Position numbers and translations under genes: made by a program. Shown in pieces: positions 1-12,566 of a DNA stretch of 64,000 bases; the stretch's first letter is position 1, and the number at the start of each line of letters is the position of its first letter. Below the pieces are notes generated by a model. The model was not told where the DNA came from, did not search any database, and saw only the letters and a list, made by a program, of their open reading frames with translations. This DNA is from Chloropicon primus (lineage: Eukaryota): positions 372,001 to 436,000 of the forward strand of contig CP060754.1 in assembly GCA_023205875.1 (NCBI GenBank), in the 5' to 3' direction.

Positions 1-3000
1 CGCAATTTCCATCTGGTACAGAGGAACGTACAGCGATTCCATGGCGCCGCCGTTGGAGACCTTCACAAGGCTCGCGGAAGCTTCTTTCGAGCCAGGAGCA
101 ACGCACTTGATGGTCTCTTCATCCTCGAACGTGGCTCTCACCACGTGATCTCCGATGTGGCACTTGAGATACTGCGATTTAGCGAAGTTGTCGCCCTTCA
201 CCGTGACTTCTGTTCCTCCGTTGACGTGGACCACCCCCGGCGATGCCTTGTGTGGGCACGCAGCAATAGTAGGCGATGGCAGGAAGGCGAACTGAATGCT
301 TCCCGACGTGCAGTCGGTCTGGCACGCTTGTCCGTTGTGACTTCCCGTCTCATCACCCACAGTTTGACCTTTGGCATCAAAGGCAAGGGTGGAGATGTCC
401 TGCTTGCTGGCGGCCTTGTGCGCCGCGTAATCGTTGAACTTGTAGTACGCCACAAGGCCAGTCTCCGAGCTCGCGGCCAGGGGCGTGAACACCTTCGTGG
501 ACAGCTCCGTGGCACTGAGGCCCCTGGAATACACGAAGACTTCGTTGATGTACCCAGTGAAGGGGTTCGACGAGGTGTACGAGCCCATGAAGAAGAAGCC
601 AGTAGCTCCAGTGTTCGAGGCCAGCACAGTCCCCACGCTCAAGGCTTTGCCGGTGCTCGACGTGCCCAAGTTCAAAGCCGTGTTCCTGTGGTAGTTTCTG
701 GAAGTAGAGGAGAAAGACAACTTCTCCGCGCCGTCCAAGTAGAGGGAAACCGTTCCGTCCGTCTCAATGGTGAAGGCGGCGTGGTGCCAGGTGTTTGTGC
801 AGAAAATTGGATCCGTAGACAAGTCAATGCCCTGGGCGTCATCCACGTACTGCAAAGAGTAGAAGGACCCGCCGTCCTGCACGGTGTGCCCGTCATTGTA
901 AACCTCCGGGGTGAACTTCACCCAGTTCAACTGATGGACAATGTGCTTGGTTCCCCCCGAATCCTCGTAGCCGGCGGTAAGCAATGGCATGCTCGCAGCC
1001 GCGTCGTCCTTTGGCAAGAACCACGCGCCCATGGTGACACCGCAGTCCTTGTCAAGAGAGTTGACCACCGCGGGAACGTTGACGTGGGAACCTCCACTCA
1101 TCGAGAGGACGCTGTCCGTGACAACGATCTTGTAGCACCTCTCATCTATGGTTGCCGGCACACCCAAGGTCATCGCATAGTCTATCGCCGTTGTCTTGGC
1201 ATTCTTTGCCATCCAGCACAGCTCGTAGGTGCACTCCTGGCCACTCTTTGGGGTCCAACTGAACGTCTTTCTGAAAGGATCGCCGTTGATGGCGGTCGAG
1301 TCAGTCAGGGTGGCTCCTTCAGGAAGGCTTCCCTGCGAGAGGTAGATGCTGATAGGACCGAATCCTCCGGCCTGCTTGGCATCCAAATCGAACTCAACCT
1401 TGTTCCCCGGCGAGACGTAGAAAGTCGTTCCATTCGCAGGCGTGGGCCCAGCAAAGTTGGTCATTCCCGTCAAGCCGGTTCGGTCGTCTCTCCAGTAGAC
1501 AGCGTCGTCTGTGGAGAGCATGATATCGATGCAACGGAACTTGGAAGTCACGTAATTGTCGTAGGCGTAGAAGCACACCGAAAGCTTGTCCGGCCTTGGA
1601 TCCGTCGTCTGAGTATCCGTGTTCTTCAAGCCCCAAGTGAATTGACGCTTGACGGACTTTCCATCAGACCCGACGCGCTCGTGGCTGCCAAGAACCATGT
1701 TGTACGGGCAAGTCGTCTCCGAAGTCGCCTCGGCAGCCGTGCAAGCCGCATTCGTCGTTCCGGGGACCGTGAAGCTGTCTCCCGTGTAAAGGCTTGATCC
1801 ATAGATGAAGAGCTCGGTGCAGTCATCGTTGTCCTTAGCAACAAGGTTGAAAGACACCTCTTGTCCCTTCTTTGCCTGAACCACAGCGTTGTTGTTCGCG
1901 TTCACGTTGCAGGGAGTCTTGCCGTCCAATCCGTTCGTTCCGCACTCTGCCTCGTCCACCCAGACAGGGGCAGTGTTATACTTGCAGGAAGAGATCGCGG
2001 GAAGAATGCTGACGACTGGCTTTCCGGACGCAGTGACAGCAGTACACGAGCTGTCAACAGCCAAGGCGCCTGCTGGGTTGCCGTCCTCGTCGATACCGTA
2101 GCCAGGACACCCCGCGCTCAAGCAGCCCTCTGATGTAGACTGGCATTTCGAGTGATCGAAAAGAAGCGCCTGAGTCTCACCGCCACCGCAGATCGTACAC
2201 TGTCCAGTTCCAGGGCCGTTGTGAGCGTAGTTTCCGCCCCCAAAGCTCGTGGAGTGGCCGTACAAGCCCTGATCTCTGTAGGTGTTGATGCCCGGGTTGG
2301 TGTTGGCGCAGTCGCCGGAGCACATGGCCATCGGCGGGTAAAGGTACATCATGAAATCGATAGGCACGGAGATGTGACCCAAGAGATCGCTCTCGGTGCA
2401 CGTTTCTCCGGACAGGCAAGGGTCCTTCGAGGTAGAGCGCACATCCAACACGAGGTTGTAGAAACCCATTGGGAGGGGGTTCCTTCCCCCGCAAGGGGTG
2501 TTGCTCGTCTTGTCAGGGCACTCCCCGTTCACTCCGTACCCGAGACGAGTCTCCTTGTAGAGAGCGGTGTCCGTGTCGAAGGCGTTGACTCCGGTCTCCC
2601 ATCTCACGATACCCGTGGTCTCCTCGATAGAAAGATAATCTGGAGAGTGAGCCAGGTGCACATCGTTGCTCCACGGCGGGTAGTCGACGCAGTTGAACTC
2701 CTTGCCCTCGTGCATCTTCCCTCCCCCCTTGGGGCAGTTGGCGCAATCATTGTTGCACAGAGTGGCCAAGACGCTGAGCCTCTCGTTCTCGTACTCTTCC
2801 TTGTACCAGTTCGCAGTTGCGCTTCCCTCGGGAATCGCGTTGGCCAGCAAGGCGCCCTGCTTCATGTAGTCCGCCAAGTAAAACTTCACCGCGTCGTTGC
2901 CGTCGGCCCCGTTCGTGTCAGGGTCGTAGGCAGCAACCTGGAAGGTGGCCATGTACCCATAAGCCGACTGCGCCGATCGCCCGGTGTAGGGAACTGGAAG

Positions 3001-4079
3001 AATGGGCATGGAAGAAGCCACTGGGGACCTGTTGTTCCCCTGGATGTTCACGGTGGCCTCGAGCCTGAACCTCCCGTTGTAGTTGTTCTGGAGCCTTTCG
3101 GTCTCCAAGCCCAAACGGTTGCCTCCAGTGAAGAAGGCAATGTACGGCGTGTTCGCGTCCTTCTTGCTGTTTGAGTAAGTGTGCTCGAACACGGACACGC
3201 CCTTGAGGAAGTTTCCGGTGGACACCTTCTCCGTGTCCAGCTCGGTCAAAGTCAAAACCACGTCGTGGGTGGTCCCGTCGCCAAAGAAGAAACCATAAGA
3301 ATCCGCCCAAGGCGAGCAGTAGTCCGGCATGGAGTCGTCGGGGGACTCGCAGGCCACACCAGTCTGCCCTTGGATCGGAGAGTTAAGGTTGTCGTACGGA
3401 ATGAAGTCCCCAGAGTTCACAGTGACCCCGCCAATGGTGTACGTAATGGGACTCTTCCTGTTTGGCTTCTTGGTCCCTGGTGGGTCGGCCCCGCAGGCGG
3501 GACTGTCACCCGTGTCAAAGGGACTGACGCATTGGATACCGTTCACCAGGGGGCTTCCGTCGCTCCCCGTTCCCGTTGGCAGCTTCAGCTGGTATGGTGG
3601 ATCCAGGTACCCCCCCGGGGTTCCGTTCACGTCATCGAAAGTCAGCGCCGGGCTGCTCTTGAACGTGGTCCCCGAGTCACTAGACCACGTCTCGCCCAAG
3701 CGGGCACCCCAGTCGTAGTCCGCTCGATAAGCCGCTGTCAGCGTGAACTCCACCTTGTTGCTCCCCTGCGGCACCCAGCTCAGCGTACCATAGCGAAAGT
3801 GAGAGGACGCTGCGTTTGCGGCGAGAGGAAGGAAGGTGAGAGATGCACTTTGAGAGTCAGTTGGCTTGCTCCAAGATCAGCACTCGAGGGGGGCTCAGTG
3901 TGGCTCTCTGTCTCTGAGTGCACGAAACGCTTCGCGGCCAGGGCCTCTGCCTGTGGGCCTCCGCCAATCTTACCTGAAGCCTGAACGAAAAGGGCGCTCA
4001 CGAAGAGGAGGGATACCAGCAGAGCTGTTGGCGTGCAGAGCTCCTTCACCGAACTGAGCGTGCTCGACCCCCTCTTCAT
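1..4079 (-). CDS. Large secreted/surface adhesion-like protein: Sib (integrin beta-like) N-terminal domain, cadherin/Ig-like repeats, LamG/ConA-like domain, IPT/TIG domain; runs off the window start
   Basis: ATG 4079 with a hydrophobic signal segment (LLVSLLFVSALFVQAS). Phase-1 intron 3973-3810 (GTAAG...CTGAC...CAG). Exon 2 translated by hand stays open to base 1, so the ORF track does not list it. Motifs: SHFRYGTLSW, NNRSPV, GFYNLVLDV..ISVPIDFMM, WHHAAFT..VSLYLDG..FTGYINEVFVYSRGLS (LamG), GGTEVTVKGDNF..IKCVAP (IPT). Confidence 0.8.
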
Positions 4080-4448
4080 ATTTTCTAGCAAATATATCAG
4101 TTGCCTGTTCTTTCCTAAACACAATTCGACTCAAAGACGTCGCCCCAGGCGCCACGAGCTTCCTCCAGCCCCAGCCCCCTGGTCCCCGACGGTTCGATCT
4201 CTCGACAAAAACTTCGGTGTCGCCCCAAGTCAGTCAACTCGCGTGTGTGTCCCGACCCAAGTTTGTGTGATTATCCGACAAGACTTCCTTCAGCACTTGT
4301 CGCAATTCCATACTCGGGCCTCGAATTGCACACACGCCATACTCTGTCTCCGTCTCTCTCTCTCTGCGCGCGCGTGTGGTCTCCTCTATCAATCCCAACA
4401 CACGCCAACAGACCACCGAGGACTCGTCTAGTCCGCCTTTCCGAGGGC

Positions 4449-4450
4449 CT

Positions 4451-4482
<32 letters not shown>
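4449..4482. repeat. (CT)n microsatellite
   Basis: Directly visible, slightly interrupted CT run in the intergenic region. Confidence 0.9.
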
Positions 4483-5095
4483 CCTCGCTTCCCTTCCTTC
4501 CCGAAAGCAGGAAGAGACAAGCGCTTTATTCGAATCACGCAATAAAACGAGGAGGGGGTTTCCTTAACCAAAACCAAGGTCTAAGGCGCACCCTCGTCAA
4601 AAAGAACCGCGTTCTCGTTCTCCTTAAGAGAGTACCCGACCTCGGAGGCTCATCGTAATTCCTTAATCGAACCCCAACGCAGACGAACTTGGCGCGCCAA
4701 TGCCCCGCGTTCCCCGAAACCGGACGAGCCCAAGACGTCGTGACTACAGGGAAAGGAGACGAGGAAGCAAGCATGGGGAGGGCGCGCCTCTTTGGTTTCA
4801 AACCAAAAACGAGGAGGAAAAGAGAGGACTGGGCGCCTTGGTTGACCCAGGTTGACCCAAGTCCTTGGGAAATTTCCATGGAGAAATCTTTCGCGCGTGG
4901 AGTCGGAAAAGTTCCCGCCGCCAGCCGCCAGTCTCCCCTCCGGGAAAGAAATTCGAGCCCGTGTAGAAATTCCATCTTGGGGGGGACTTTTTCACCCGGG
5001 GGAGAAGGACGAGGGCGAGGACGAGGGGAGGCATACGATCGAGTGAAGGAGGCGACGGTTGCGCGAGACAGAGAGGAAAGAAAGACGAGACAAAG

Positions 5096-5400
5096 GTGAG
5101 GAGAGGGGAGACGTCGGGAGGGAGGGATGAGGAGAGGACGAAGGGAACGCGCGGCTATCGTCTCTTTGTTTTTGTTTTTTTCATTGAGCGAGAAGCCGAC
5201 GTTTTTCTTTCGCCTCGACTCTCTGAGAGGGAAAGAAAGCCACGACAACGCGAAGGGGCTCTCTTTCGTGCTTTCGCACGCGCGAGACGCCGGCGGAAGG
5301 GCTGAACTCGTGCTGCGCCGGAGCCTGGTTTGCTGACCCGCGCGTCGGTTTGTTTCTTTGTTTCTTTGTTTGTTTTGTTCCCTTGGAACGCGAAACACAG
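5096..5400 (+). other. Probable 5'-UTR intron of RPL7
   Basis: AAG|GTGAG donor at 5096, CTGAC branch near 5333, T-rich tract, CAG immediately before ATG 5401. Confidence 0.6.
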
Positions 5401-6117
5401 ATGGCTCCAGTTCCAGAGAGTGTGTTGAAGAAGCGCAAGAGAGACGAGCAGTGGGCTGCCCAGAAGGCCGCTGACCGCGAGGCTCAGCTCTCCGCCTTGA
5501 AGAAGAAGAAGAAGGTCATCTTCAAGCGCGCCGAGCAGTACGTCAAGGAGTACGTCTCCCAGGAGCAGGACCTCGTGAGGATGAAGAGAGCCGCCCGCGC
5601 CAAGGGCAGCTTCTACGTCCCAGCCGAGCCTAAGCTCTTGCTCGTGGTCCGCATCAGGGGAGTCTGCGACATGCACCCAAAGACCAGGAAGATCTTGCAG
5701 CTCTTGAGGTTGAGGCAGATCAACAACGCCGTCTTCCTCAAGGCCAACAAGGCCATCATGAACATGCTCAGGAGGGTCGAGCCATACGTGGCTTACGGAT
5801 ACCCTAACTTGAAGACCGTCAAGGAGCTCGTTTACAAGAGGGGCTTCGGAAAGATCAACAAGAACCGCATTCCTCTTACCGACAACACCATCATTGAGGA
5901 CAACTTGGGAAAGCACGACATCATCTGCATTGAGGACCTCATCCACGAGATCTTCACCGTCGGCCCATCCTTCAAGGAGGCCAACAACTTCTTGTGGCCC
6001 ATGAAGCTCTCTTCTCCAAAGGGCGGATTCACCAAGAAGAGACTCCACTACATCGAGGGTGGTGACGCCGGAAACAGGGAGGAGAAGATCAACAAACTCA
6101 TAAGGCAGATGAACTAA
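5401..6117 (+). CDS. RPL7: 60S ribosomal protein L7 (uL30)
   Basis: [46 protein letters not shown] are diagnostic. Confidence 0.97.
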   Translation: MAPVPESVLKKRKRDEQWAAQKAADREAQLSALKKKKKVIFKRAEQYVKEYVSQEQDLVRMKRAARAKGSFYVPAEPKLLLVVRIRGVCDMHPKTRKILQLLRLRQINNAVFLKANKAIMNMLRRVEPYVAYGYPNLKTVKELVYKRGFGKINKNRIPLTDNTIIEDNLGKHDIICIEDLIHEIFTVGPSFKEANNFLWPMKLSSPKGGFTKKRLHYIEGGDAGNREEKINKLIRQMN

Positions 6118-6530
6118 GAGTAGGATAAACACCTTACTTATCAACACCTTGTGTGCGCGGCGAAAGGGTTTTGCGCCGCTATCTATCAACCCTCATATGA
6201 AAGGCTGTAATAAATTAGAAAATCATCTACACCACCGACAGCGGGCGTGGGGTGTGCCCCCACCCCCCCCTTCCCCGCAATCCAGGCCCGTTCGGGTTGA
6301 CGCGACAACACGGAAGCCTCCTCTTCGTACACGCCCGCAAAGGAACGCTCGGGCACTCCGAAGACAAAGGGCAAGCATCGCTTTGCCTCCTTCCCTTCCC
6401 TCGAAACCCCTCAGGCCCGAGCCCCTGAGGAGGAGGACAGATATTAATATTGTGAGAGGACACGGGTTTGGACACGCACGTGCTCGGATAAGCGTCGGTC
6501 TGAAGAGAGGAGAGAGAGAGAGAGAGAGGG

Positions 6531-8141
6531 ATGACAACGGTGGTTGGGCCCCGCTGGAGGGTAGCGCAGCCGAAGCCAAGCCGCTCCCCATGTCGTGGAA
6601 GGGCGACGAGATCGTGCAGGAGGGCGCAGAAGCTCGCGGGGAGTAGCTCGCGAAGGACTGGATGGGCCAACAGGACCACCCCGGTCCTTCGCGGACCCGG
6701 CGCTCTGAAGGACGCCGGGGACGTGGCGTCCGGCGAGTGGGTGGATGAGTTCAGCGACCTCGGGGACAGGAAGACCGCGGATCCTATGCCCCTTCCCCAG
6801 ATAAAGCAGCGCAAGCGTGTCATTCTCGTGAGGCATGGCCAGTCGACTTGGAACGCAGAGGGTCGTATGCAAGGCAGTTCGAACAACTCGGAGCTCACGG
6901 AGAAGGGGAGGGAGCAGGCGGTGACGACGAAGAGTCTCCTGGAGAACGCGAAGTTCGAAGCCACCTTCGTGAGCCCCCTGAAAAGGGCTCAGTCGACTTC
7001 GGACATCGTCTGGTCCTCGACCAAGCTGAAGCCCGAGGTGCTGTCTTCGCTTAGGGAGATTGATCTTTATTCCTTCCAGGGGCTCGTCAAGAAGGAGGCG
7101 GAGAAGGACTTCAAGGAAAAGTACGAGCTTTGGAAGAAGCACCCCGCCGCTTTCGAGATCGACGGGCACTCCCCCGTGAAGGAGCTGTGGTTCCGTGCCT
7201 CCCTGGCCTGGGAGAAGATACTGAGGACCGAGGGAACCAACGTTCTGGTGGTTGCCCACAACGCCATCAACCAGGCTCTTCTGTGCAGTGCCATTGGCCT
7301 GCCTCCGAGCTACTTCAGGCGCTTCGTCCAGTCGAACGGCGCGATCACTGCCATCGACTTTTTCCCAAACCCAAGCAAAAAGGCTGCGCCAAAGACCGTG
7401 GTGGATCGAATGAACCAGTCCCCGGTGAGGCCCTCTTGGTCTGTGTCGAGGCCGGGAAGCACGAGCCAGAAGTTCGTGCTGATCAGGCACGCTGCCACGG
7501 ACAGCACGGACAACAGCATTATCACGGGCACCTTGGACAGGGAGAACCTCAACAAGAAGGGCAAGGAGCAGGTCAAGAAGATCAACACCTTCCTCAAGGA
7601 CCTGGAAGTGGACAAGGTGTTCTGCAGCCCAACGAAAAGGACTGTTCAGACAGGGTACCAGCTGGCGAAGGGCCAGAAACACAAGGAGGTCGAGGTGAAG
7701 CTGGAGGAGAGGCTGGCGAACGTCTACCTCGGGGAATGGCAGGGCAAGCCCGCCGCATCCTTGAGAGGGCAGGCGCCTCCAAGGGATGCCGAATCCCTGA
7801 ACGTGCTGAACGAGCGTGTCAGCGAGGCGTGGCTGGACATCAGGCAGCAAGCCGCAATGGATGGCTCGAAGGTCACGGTGATTGTGGCCCACGCGGCTAT
7901 CCACGCCGCGATCATTTGCTCTGCGCTGGAGCTCTCCCCGGACTACACCTCCCTCTTCAGGTTGACCCCGGGGAGTATTTCGGTCGTCACGTATCCAGAG
8001 GGCGTGCTGAAGGGCACGGGGAACGTGATATGCACCAACTTCACGGGCCACCTGGGGTCCCTTGCCGAGCCTGCGACTCTTTCGGGGGAGGAGGAAATAT
8101 TCGAGGATTTTGAAGCTTGCGATTGGGATGGATGCTTCTGA
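6531..8141 (+). CDS. Plastid double histidine-phosphatase (PGM family) protein, 2-carboxy-D-arabinitol-1-phosphatase-like
   Basis: Transit-peptide-like N-terminus; two PGM domains (LVRHGQSTWNAEGRMQGSS, LIRHA); LREIDLYSFQGL. Confidence 0.85.
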   Translation: MTTVVGPRWRVAQPKPSRSPCRGRATRSCRRAQKLAGSSSRRTGWANRTTPVLRGPGALKDAGDVASGEWVDEFSDLGDRKTADPMPLPQIKQRKRVILVRHGQSTWNAEGRMQGSSNNSELTEKGREQAVTTKSLLENAKFEATFVSPLKRAQSTSDIVWSSTKLKPEVLSSLREIDLYSFQGLVKKEAEKDFKEKYELWKKHPAAFEIDGHSPVKELWFRASLAWEKILRTEGTNVLVVAHNAINQALLCSAIGLPPSYFRRFVQSNGAITAIDFFPNPSKKAAPKTVVDRMNQSPVRPSWSVSRPGSTSQKFVLIRHAATDSTDNSIITGTLDRENLNKKGKEQVKKINTFLKDLEVDKVFCSPTKRTVQTGYQLAKGQKHKEVEVKLEERLANVYLGEWQGKPAASLRGQAPPRDAESLNVLNERVSEAWLDIRQQAAMDGSKVTVIVAHAAIHAAIICSALELSPDYTSLFRLTPGSISVVTYPEGVLKGTGNVICTNFTGHLGSLAEPATLSGEEEIFEDFEACDWDGCF

Positions 8142-8175
8142 GGATTTTTTTTGTTTTTATTACAAGCTTTAGGTC

Positions 8176-11100
8176 TCAGTGGATGTTCGCATAGCAGCCC
8201 ACGCTTCGCCGGGACGACCACACGCCATTCCAACCCTGCTGCGGAGACGCAGAAAGGTAGTCCATGAAGGCTATGCACCTGCTGTGCATCTCGCCGCATG
8301 CCTTGTCGCCCATGGTCTTGCCCAAATGGAAGGCTTCCGAGGCAAGCTTCCACCGCCTTTCCCTGTAGTGAGACAGGCCGTTCTTGTAGTACTTGAACGT
8401 ATTCACCTTGTCATCGTGAATGGTGTCCACTGTGTGTCCAACCAATTCGTGAACGGTGATGTCGGTCCCATTCGTGAGCTTGACGGAGTCCAGCTCCCTG
8501 AAATGGATGGAGTCTCTACTGAAAGCAAAACAAGACTCGCTCACAATGATTTCGCAGTGATACAATTCACAAAAGTGCATGCAATCTTCCGCAGTATCGA
8601 AGACATCCCCCTCCACAACCAGATTGCCCTTGCCTCTGCTGATGACTCCGACGATACCGCAGTCAGCCTGGCCCTTGTCCAGTCCTATGTTTATCCTCAC
8701 TTTCCTGGTCTCATCCAAAAACTCTTCGTTGTACCTTTCCACGCACTGGACGGCCTCGAGCCCGCACCTGCAAGCTTCATTCACACCAGCGACCCAGCTA
8801 TCGGGGTTGTGTGGGTCAGAAAAAAACGCGTAGCTCAAGCAAGTGTCGGTGACAGAAATGGATGCCGCGGAATTACTTTCCAAGGTCTCCATAACCTGGT
8901 TGTACAATTTGTTGTGCTTCAACATGCCCAAAGGTTTCCCCGAGCTGTCAAGGAGGCGCATGGCGAGCACAGCGACCTGAACAATAGCACACGTGTCCAA
9001 CTGCTTCGAAAGAAGTGGAACGAGGGTGGACATTGCCCTTGTGGACATGTGCTTGGACAGAATTTCCATCATGGTATCCTCATTGGCGTGAACGTCAAGC
9101 ATGATAAGGGCTCCGACCTCCATAGGCTTTATGCAGTACTTGAACGTCTTCCCCTCTGTTTCGCTTGAAGCTGGCATGTACCCCATCGACGTTTTTCCCT
9201 CTGCCGCCATGTCCACTGCTTCCTCAAGAACGGAAAATTTCCGGAGGTCGTCGAAGAAATCCAAAGGAAGGTCAATCTTTTCGTTCACCGACCGGAACTC
9301 GACTTCGTAGTTCGGGTCTACGACAAGAACCACGTCGTGGGACGAATCAAGAGCCTTCTCCAAATTCTTTTTCAATCCAAGAGTCCTGTGGAGGACGGTG
9401 GCATTCTCCACAGCAATGGCGACCTGTGAAGACAACGCGTTGATCAGATCCTCGTCCTCTTGCGTGAAAATGGCAATTTGGGTGTCGATTTTGAGCCCCT
9501 GCTTCGCTCCCTGTTGGAACTGCTCGTAGTTACCAATCTTGTTGATCATCTGCATGACGCCAATGACCTCTTCACTTCCCCTGTTGGAGAAAATCGGCAT
9601 GCACAAGACAGACTTTGTCCTGTACCCGGTCTGCCTGTCCACGTCTGGGTTGAACCGCTCGTCCAGGTATGCATCCTGAATGTTGATCTTTTTCTTCGAG
9701 GACACCACGGCGCCCACGATACCCGAGTGCTTTGGGATTCGGATTTCCTCCGTGCCATTGGCGACGAGACTCCAGAGCTCGTCCTTGATTTCATCAACCA
9801 AAAACAGGGTGCATCGATCCACGTGAAGGAGCTCTTTCGCCCTGTCCATGATCGTCGTGAAGAGCTGGCTCATCTCCCTTTGGGAATTCAGAGCCTGCGC
9901 CACCTCGAACAACTCCTTGCTCTTCGACTGGGCCCTCATCACAGCACTCATGGACTCGTTGTTCTCGAGTGCGACCCCCGCCTGAGACGAGAGCTCAACG
10001 AGCAACTCGATGTCGTTCTGATCAAACGAGCAACCCGGCTCCGGCTTCGCAATATGGCCTTCGTGGTTCCGTTTGTTTATCATTTGAACCACTCCCATGA
10101 TGGATCCGTCCGACTTCTTGATGGGGACGGCCAGAATGGATCTAGTCACGTACCCTGTGATCTCGTCCATCTCCCTGTTGAACCTGCTGTCCTCATAAGC
10201 GTTCTGGATCACAATCCTCTCACCGGTCTGAGCGACAGCGCCCGCGATTCCCACGCCGATTGGGACTCTGATCTCGACAACGTTGTCCGTGAAGTTCGAG
10301 TAAATCTCGTTGTGGTCGTGGTCCAACAGGAACAGGGTACACCGGTCAGCTTCGAGGAGCTCCTTGGCTCTCTTCATGATCAGGCGAACCATGGCAGACA
10401 AGTCCTGGGAAACGAAAAGGGACCTCCCGACTTCCAGCAGGTCGGCAGACTTTTTCTGCATCTTGCTCACTTCCCTCTTGATCAAGTCGATGGCGCTGCC
10501 CGACTCGATCACGCCCACCGCGCTTGCTGCGAACGCTTGCAGCGTTTGCAAGTCTGTGGTCGAAAACACGCCGTTGTTCTTGTTGATCATTTGAACGACG
10601 CCGATCACATCAGGGTGTGCTTTGTGAGAAACGGTGGCCCCTTTGAACTCACCGGTTCCCTTCTTCCTTATCGGCACGACGAGGACGCTTCCCGTTCTGT
10701 AGCCAGTCATCTTGTCCACCTCATTGTTGAACCTCGGGTCCAGGTAGGCGTCCGCGATCACCACAGGCTCCCCTGTGGTGGCTGCATGGCTTGCGAGCCC
10801 ATGCCCAAGCGGGACTTCAATGGTTCCCTCCTCTGCTATTCCGTCCTTGTCGCTCCTGTACTTCGATATCAGCATATTCTTCTTGTTGTCAACGACGAAA
10901 ACAGTGCACCTGTCCGCACCAAGCAGTTTCTTTGCCGGATCTATCCTTTGCTTGATGACTTTGTGCACGTCTACTTCACGGGTATCGTTCGACTGAAGGT
11001 CGATGATCTCTCTGGCGTGGCTCTGGGCTGCAACCGTGGCGTCCACTGCAGTAGACGCGACCTCTTTGAGATGCTGGCACTGGACTGTCATCTCGACCTC

Positions 11101-12566
11101 CTTTGCCAAGATCCCTAGCGACAGGATCTCGTGCTGCTGGAACGCGGCTGGCCTCCCAGCCGCCCTCAGCACTCCTATCACGTTATTCTCGCCCATGAGT
11201 ATGGGAAGGCACAAGATAGCCATCTTTGAGTTGCTCGCTGGATCCCCGTCGATGTCCGGGTTATATCTGATATTTTCCAGGGCGTTTGCCTCCTTGATCA
11301 CCTGCCCAGTCGTGGCGCACTGCCCCACAATGCTGTTATCGAGCCTGTTCTGGACTTTCTGGACGGCGGCTCCCGCCCGCTCGTTGTCCATGTGCCACAT
11401 CTCCCCCCTCTTTTGCTCAACCACGAACAGCCTGACTTGGTCGCAGGACAAGAGGTACTGGGCTCTGTCATTGATGAATTCTGCGACTTCCTCCACGGTC
11501 TCTGCCCTGGAAATAAGCTCGATCAGGCTCTTGATGCTCTGGAGCTGGTTCCTCAGTAACGTGTAATCCGGGGATGCCAAGGAGTTCTTCAGCAAGGCCC
11601 CAAGAGTGTTCGATATGTTGCTCAACAGGATGCTGCCGATTGGATTGTCCAGGGGCTCGAGGGCGGCATACCCGCCGTCGTAGTACGCCACCATCGCCCC
11701 CAGTATCACTGGCTTTATCCCCCCGAGGTTACCCGAATCCACTTTCTTCATCTCGATCATAGGAATCCAGATGGCCGCTGCAGTCTTCTTGATGTTCTTG
11801 ATGTGACCGCTCAGGAACTTGAGAATGCCACCATTCTCGCCGACTTCTTGTATGATCACAGGCATCGCTTCGCTCGGGGCTGTTTGAGGTCTGTGGTTCT
11901 CGTAAACCCCAGGAAACTTGGTCGTCATGCTGATTTTCATGTTGTTGTGCTTTCTCACCGCCTCAATAACGTAGTGCAGCGCCGATTTGTCGCTCGAGTT
12001 TGCAAGGAAAAGGACTTTGTCGCAATGCAGGACCTCGTGCAGCGTCCGTATCACCTTTTGCATGGATATAAGCGCGCTCCCTTTCTTCGTGATTTCCGGT
12101 GTTTTGCAGAGTGCTGGCAGAAGGTACTTGTAACCTGCAAAGGCAAAGGCAAGGAAGAACGAGGAAGGACATCCTTTTGTCAGACAACGGGACAGTTCGT
12201 TTGCCTAGCAGAATGCGAACGTACCGTTGATCAGCACGTTGACGCTCTCCCTTTTTTGTGTCCTGGTGAGTATGTCGAACTCTGTGATACTCCTGTGGGG
12301 TTGAATCATTTCCTCATCAGCACCTATCATGTAACAGCATGCTTGGAGAAACTGATTGGAAATTCGAGTCAGTACATTCGCCCACGAGCTCCTCGCGAGT
12401 GTGGGCCACCCGGCCTCGGAGAGTCGGCCCTTACCTGTTCCATTTTTTCTCTGGCGATAGGGTCAACCCGACCCCTCGAACCTTCCGCAGAGGGGCGGAA
12501 CTTCTCTGCACCTTTGCCCGAGGGCATGTCCAAGTTCGGGAAGACCGAAGCTTGGCGTTCTCTCAT
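8176..12566 (-). CDS. Multi-GAF + PAS-like + degenerate class III nucleotide cyclase + TPR-like tail
   Basis: Repeated GAF motifs (ADRCTLFL, DAYxDxRFNxEVDxxTGYRTxSVL, NK...F...DxxxL). Cyclase-like C-terminus (INIGLDKG, GDVFDTA) and WNGVW tail. Frame-consistent introns 12434-12352 and 12224-12135 extend the ORF upstream. The 5' start is uncertain. Confidence 0.85.

Noticed and set aside
145..3984. Long plus-strand ORFs (550, 340, 267 aa)
   Set aside because: All share one frame that is codon-aligned with the real minus-strand gene. They are antisense shadows of biased codon usage.
5096..5400. Intronic snoRNA in the RPL7 5'-UTR intron
   Set aside because: No complete C box (RTGATGA) with terminal stem and no clear H/ACA layout.
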